Notes under the pieces: model-generated
What the model was told of the DNA's origin: nothing
What the model saw: the letters and a program-made list of their open reading frames with translations, nothing else
Database searches by the model: none
Assembly: GCA_051294375.1 (NCBI GenBank)
Contig: CM119265.1
Coordinates: forward strand, 16,886,936-16,950,935
Direction of reading: 5' to 3'
Length of the DNA stretch: 64,000 nt
Origin: Paraspadella gotoi
Taxonomy: Eukaryota > Animalia > Chaetognatha
Program-made: the position numbers and the translations under genes
Part shown: positions 58,816-64,000 of the stretch, one piece after another
How positions within the stretch are numbered: the stretch's first letter is position 1
Layout: every line of letters starts with the position of its first letter

Positions 58816-58990
58816 TTCTCGAGGCGGGAGATTTTCACTCTCTGTTAATCGCCACCTACAGAACCGACGCCGGTTCTTCATCCAAGCCCCGGGCGACGCC
58901 GGCTCGATGACGACGACGACGACGACGACGACGACGTCAATCAAAGTTCTTTGTCGTCGCTTTCACTTCTTTTGTTTGAAGAATAAAGAA
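56841..58990 (-). repeat. Inverted, gapped copy of segment D (47311-49292)
   Basis: See segment D; this copy has cleaner microsatellites and longer, variable-size N gaps. Confidence 0.9.
58600..58695. repeat. 32-bp purine-rich minisatellite, 3 copies
   Basis: gaaaaataaagaaaaggaaggaagagaaggga units start at 58600, 58632 and 58664. Confidence 0.85.
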
Positions 58991-59100
58991 AAAGTGATGA
59001 TCGGAAAAATTCAAACCGATATACAAAAGGGATATTTTATTATTTTTTCTCTCCTCTAGTCGTACAAAGAGATATTTTTTTTTATTTCGCCCTGTTTGTA

Positions 59101-59232
<132 letters not shown>

Positions 59233-60448
59233 GGGAGCGGGCGCGAGAGAATACATAATTCAGAGTTTGCAATGAATACAGAATTTGATACAGTTTCCTG
59301 CGTTGCGGTTCCGCGCCGCCTTCACCACGACACCCCGCCCCATCTCCTCCCCCGAGCCGTTGCCGGCGACGGGGCCCGGCGCCTGCATAGTTTTAAGTCT
59401 TCTCCGGTCCTCGATGCGTCGAAGCCTCGAAGCCGCGAATATGCAAATCGGAGACGATTTAATGCGCCTCTCCGTCGTCGTCGTTGTTGTTGTCGGAGAG
59501 GCGTCGCCCGAAATAATCGGCGCCGGAATGAATTGGCGCCGAATCTCTCGTCGCCGGACGAAAATGGCGCCCCACACGTGTTTTATGATTGTAAAAGAAT
59601 TATATTGTAATTAAACTCGGCCAGACGCTTTAAGGTTACGAACAATTTAACGACATATTTAGCATATTGCAGTTCTATACTAAGATATATCCTCACAAGT
59701 CACAAAATAGCCTCCATTTAACTAAAAAAAATTTATTTAGTAGCAGCAACAACTAACTAACAGCTCTTACAGCTCTTACAACTTACTCGTCTAACCGAGG
59801 GCATCTTGTATATTTCTGACCGTATCAAAAGATATGAGAAATAATCTTAACTGCTACAATATGTAAATGAGATTGAAGAACTCAATCTNNNNNNNNNNNN
59901 NNNNNNNNNNNNNNNNNNNNNNNNNNNNNNNNNNNNNNNNNNNNNNNNNNNNNNNNNNNNNNNNNNNNNNNNNNNNNNNNNNNNNNNNNNNNNNNNNNNN
60001 NNNNNNNNNNNNNNNNNNNNNNNNNNNNNNNNNNNNNNNNNNNNNNNNNNNNNNNNNNNNNNNNNNNNNNNNNNNNNNNNNNNNNNNNNNNNNNNNNNNN
60101 NNNNNNNNNNNNNNNNNNNNNNNNNNNNNNNNNNNNNNNNNNNNNNNNNNNNNNNNNNNNNNNNNNNNNNNNNNNNNNNNNNNNNNNNNNNNNNNNNNNN
60201 NNNNNNNNNNNNNNNNNNNNNNNNNNNNNNNNNNNNNNNNNNNNNNNNNNNNNNNNNNNNNNNNNNNNNNNNNNNNNNNNNNNNNNNNNNNNNNNNNNNN
60301 NNNNNNNNNNNNNNNTTGTCTTTCGAAATGTGAATAATTGTCACTTTCACTATTCTTAGTTTTTAATTGAAATCTTAGTTATTAAACAATGTATTAAATA
60401 GTAATAATTATTAAACAACTAACGTATAATTGTGATTGTTGTCTTTAA

Positions 60449-60479
<31 letters not shown>

Positions 60480-62906
60480 CCCCTCCCTCACCCAGCCCCA
60501 GCCACCCCTTTCCCTCTCCCTCTTCCCCGCGTTTTCTATCTCAACACCATTTTCTGAAGATGAAAGATTTCTTTCCCCGAGACTTGAATATTGATTTTGC
60601 GACTCTTGACATAATTAGAAAATGCAGATGTAATTTTTAAGAATCCACTCGCGCCCCCTACTCCCCCCCCCGCACGCCACTGCCGTCTGAGCCCACACCT
60701 GTCTCCACTTTCCTACCTTCATTCACCGCCTTTCCTCCACTCATCCTGCTTCCACCCCCTGCGCACCGCACCTGCGGGGAGGAAAAGGAGCAGTCCACGA
60801 TTCTCACCAGACGTAAACAAAATTAACATTAGAGGAAGTAATGGGCCCGAAATAAGAAAGAAGGGGAGGCGGTCTGGGGGTGGAGTCGAGTTAAGGTGGT
60901 TCCGCTTTGATTGCGCGGGGAGTGAAGAGACGCTGTGAGGTTTGAGATGAAGGCGATTGGTGAAGGGAGTGGAAACGGATTCACTCGGTGGAGTTGAAGG
61001 ACGCGCAGTTGGATTTATTGATTTGCTGAATCAAGATCCGAGAAAATATTATTGTTAATTTGCGTAAGGACTCAATTTATATTAAAGATAGACTATCTTT
61101 TGATGTGGAATAGGTAGGCGAGGACATAATCAGTGTTTTCGAGTACTTTCTCGGTTCTAAGTTTCGAAGTTTTAAAATTAGTACGAAACGAAGCTTCAGA
61201 ATTTACAGAGCACATTTGCTGTGGTGAATTTTGTTTTCGACAGTGGTAAAGTTAGAGAGGTGGTGGTGGTGGTGGTGGCGTTGTTAGTGGAAGTGTCTCA
61301 AGGGAGCCGTGGTTGCGTCGGCGTCTTCGGCGTCGGCGGCGGCCTGGGCGGCGTCGTTGGATGCGAACCTCCAGTGAGCCGCCTCCTTTAGCTAATCACA
61401 TCATCGCCGGTAATTTAAGTGGCGATTACCAATTAGCTCCCCTCGATTCTTGTTGTCTTCCTCGACGTCGTCGTCGTTGTCGTTGTAGTATTGGTTGTTG
61501 TTGTCGTTGTTCACGAAGTGAATTTTTTTACTAAATATGAACATATTGTACTTGTAGGACGTAGGTGTTTCATTTCTTTCCGATTTCTTTTTCTTCTTCT
61601 TTTTTTTTTTTTTTTTTTTTTTTGCTGTAAATAAAGTTAAACAGAATTCAGCCTCAATCAGAAACAAAAAACACGACGACAACGACGAAGACGACGACGA
61701 CGACGTTACAAAATCCTAAGCCTATTGTTTTTTTTTTCTTTCCTTCGGTCGCTTATAAATCTCTTCATCGCCGTTGGTTCACTTCCCTTCCACCCTTCCA
61801 CCCATCCCTCCAGACGCCTTCTCACTTTCCAACCGCTCCTTGAAAAAATTAAAATTTTAAGGGAAGAAAAAAATGTTTTTTGTTTAAAATAAAGAAAAAA
61901 AAAATCTTCGTCGACGGCGCTAGAGGTTTTTTTTTTCCCCCGCGTTTCGCAACCAAAGCATGTCTTATTTCGCCGCCACGTCCGCCTTTACCGCAGCCGC
62001 CGCCGCCCCCGGTGTACGCCATCTTACGTTTTTCTTTTGTTTAAAATCGCGACACAAGATTATCGAAGCGTAACTTTATGACGAAATTCCTCCGCCGCCC
62101 TCTTCTCGCGCTGGGAGGGAGTTGGGTGGGGGAGCGGGTTGGGTGGAGAATTGAAGAAGACAGAGGAGGGACCGGGTGGGTGGGGGAAGAGATAAGTGTT
62201 GAGGGAGATTGCTCCAAGACTTATTTGGTTGAAGCTTGAAACGTCTGGGGGACAATAGTTGACAAATACAAAAAGAGTTGAGAAATGATGTGGTAAGGTG
62301 AAGATTCATATTGTAGTAGGGAAATCAGTAAGAATATATATGTAAACAACTTAATTAAACTCCCTAATAATATCCTGAACCTGATAGTGATTATACTATA
62401 TACCTTTCCAACGGTGTAATATAACATAACATAATATATAACTTATGAAAAATTTGCAAATTACTTGTTTCACTATTTTCTATTTTTATATTTTATGAAG
62501 GATTTAGTATTTAATCTTATTATTTAATCAAATATATATTGCTTTCTTTCTTAAAAATATATTATAAATATATATATATATATATATTATAAATATATTA
62601 TAAGGAAGCCAGGAACTCTGGGAGTGAACAAATGAGACTGTGAGAGTCTTGATTGAAAGTTTGCTGTCATTATCTTGTAAGAGTGATGGAGGCCTTAAAC
62701 CACCAAAGCCAGTCCAAAATCAGGGGCAAGATAGTTTATTTATTAAATGAATTTTAATATTGGTCGTACCAATTTTATATATAATTGTACTAATTATGTA
62801 ATCTTCCTTTCACATTCGCCTTTCTTTCTTCCCTGTGAAATCTCGTTTCACTTTTTATCGCTCACATCCTTCCCCGTTTCTTTTCCTCCCTCCCACGCAA
62901 GAGCGC

Positions 62907-62920
62907 GTCTCCATGGCAAC
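62907..62920. promoter_or_regulatory. RFX X-box consensus match GTCTCCATGGCAAC
   Basis: Fits the 14-bp X-box GTYNCY-AT-RGNAAC; no associated gene is visible in the window. Confidence 0.4.
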
Positions 62921-63055
62921 AGAAAAGACAACAAAAACATTAATGGAAGACTTTACTTTTCATAGGCTGCACTCTGAAATAGGATTTAGTCGGTGTAAGA
63001 AAAAGCCTAAGCGGGAAAGCAACTAAGTGAGTGAGTATGGGATGGTGAGAAAGAA

Positions 63056-63087
<32 letters not shown>

Positions 63088-64000
63088 TTTTATCCGAGAT
63101 GCAATGTCCTTAAATGTACTCTTAGTGTCTAAGCAAAACACTTTTCCCCCTGAGAATTTTTAGAGAAAACTGCTAACACAGAGATCAAAGCAAAACGAGT
63201 ATCTCTTATTTTCTCAACGGATTTTTTATTTCGAAATTGACCGAAAATGAAACTTTCCAGCCAAGAAAAAATGATTCGTTAAAATTATATTCTGTATATT
63301 ATTGATAACAGAAACGCAATAACAATACGTTTTAGTTCTTGGGATTTAATTTTCTTTTCCTTTGTCGAAACTTTCACCGAAAAAAAAAATCGAGGCAAGC
63401 TGGTTCGCGCGTCTGCCTTCCTCTGAGCGAAAAAATATCTCATTCCCACTTTTCCTTCTCGAATGATTCATGTATTGTTCTCTCGGTGTCGCGAGCGCAA
63501 GGGAGAGAGAGAGAGAGGGAAAGAGAAAGTGAGAGGGAGAGAGAGATAGAGGGAAACAGAAACCAAAAAAAATTCAGCTGTATGCAAATGAGATTATTCC
63601 ACCGACTGTGATTTAGAGTAAGGCGTGCTCGGTTTCGATTTAGAGAGACATAGGGAGAGAGNNNNNNNNNNNNNNNNNNNNNNNNNNNNNNNNNNNNNNN
63701 NNNNNNNNNNNNNNNNNNNNNNNNNNNNNNNNNNNNNNNNNNNNNNNNNNNNNNNNNNNNNNNNNNNNNNNNNNNNNNNNNNNNNNNNNNNNNNNNNNNN
63801 NNNNNNNNNNNNNNNNNNNNNNNNNNNNNNNNNNNNNNNNNNNNNNNNNNNNNNNNNNNNNNNNNNNNNNNNNNNNNNNNNNNNNNNNNNNNNNNNNNNN
63901 NNNNNNNNNNGAGAGAGAGAGAGATGAGAGAGATGAGAGAGAAAGAGTGTCCCACATCTTCAAATTTAAAATTTCTCTCTTCGGCCTAAAACTCGAATCT

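Noticed and set aside
59260-59614. GC-rich island with overlapping ORFs on both strands
   Set aside because: No recognisable domain or splice structure; open frames are explained by GC content and (GTC/GTT)n repeats.
61920-62025. YY1-like CGCCATCTT / minus-strand AAGATGGCG start with a Gly-rich short ORF
   Set aside because: The frame closes after about 33 codons and there is no other evidence; the motif is common.

Overview
Eukaryotic, probably invertebrate animal, repeat-rich DNA from a draft assembly that appears patched with uncorrected long reads. Signs of this are nine gaps of exactly 25 N, error-riddled duplicate copies of the same loci, and one block repeated base-for-base at an offset of 9,429 bp. 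I see no prokaryotic features, RNA genes, CRISPR arrays or recognisable host genes; most predicted ORFs are (CT/GA)n or (GAC)n microsatellite noise. Two retroelements are supported. (1) The 3' end of a BEL/Pao LTR retrotransposon pol (integrase core plus DUF5641-type tail, 15444-16199, repeated at 24873-25628). It is followed not by a polypurine tract (PPT) and LTR but by about 6 kb of same-strand, frameshifted ORF-like segments: a coiled coil, an Ala/Pro/Asn repeat with a C2H2-like finger, and three unknowns. This is the best candidate for a novel system here. (2) A ~3.7 kb Ty3/Gypsy (CsRn1-like) element at 50887-54604 with both LTRs, a PPT, a degenerate primer-binding site (PBS) and RT-RNaseH-IN, but apparently no gag or protease; its empty insertion site is present in the same window at ~46679. 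Also present are a probable Helentron/DINE-like non-autonomous fragment and a consensus RFX X-box. Everything was read by eye, so boundaries are approximate and frameshifts may be sequencing errors.
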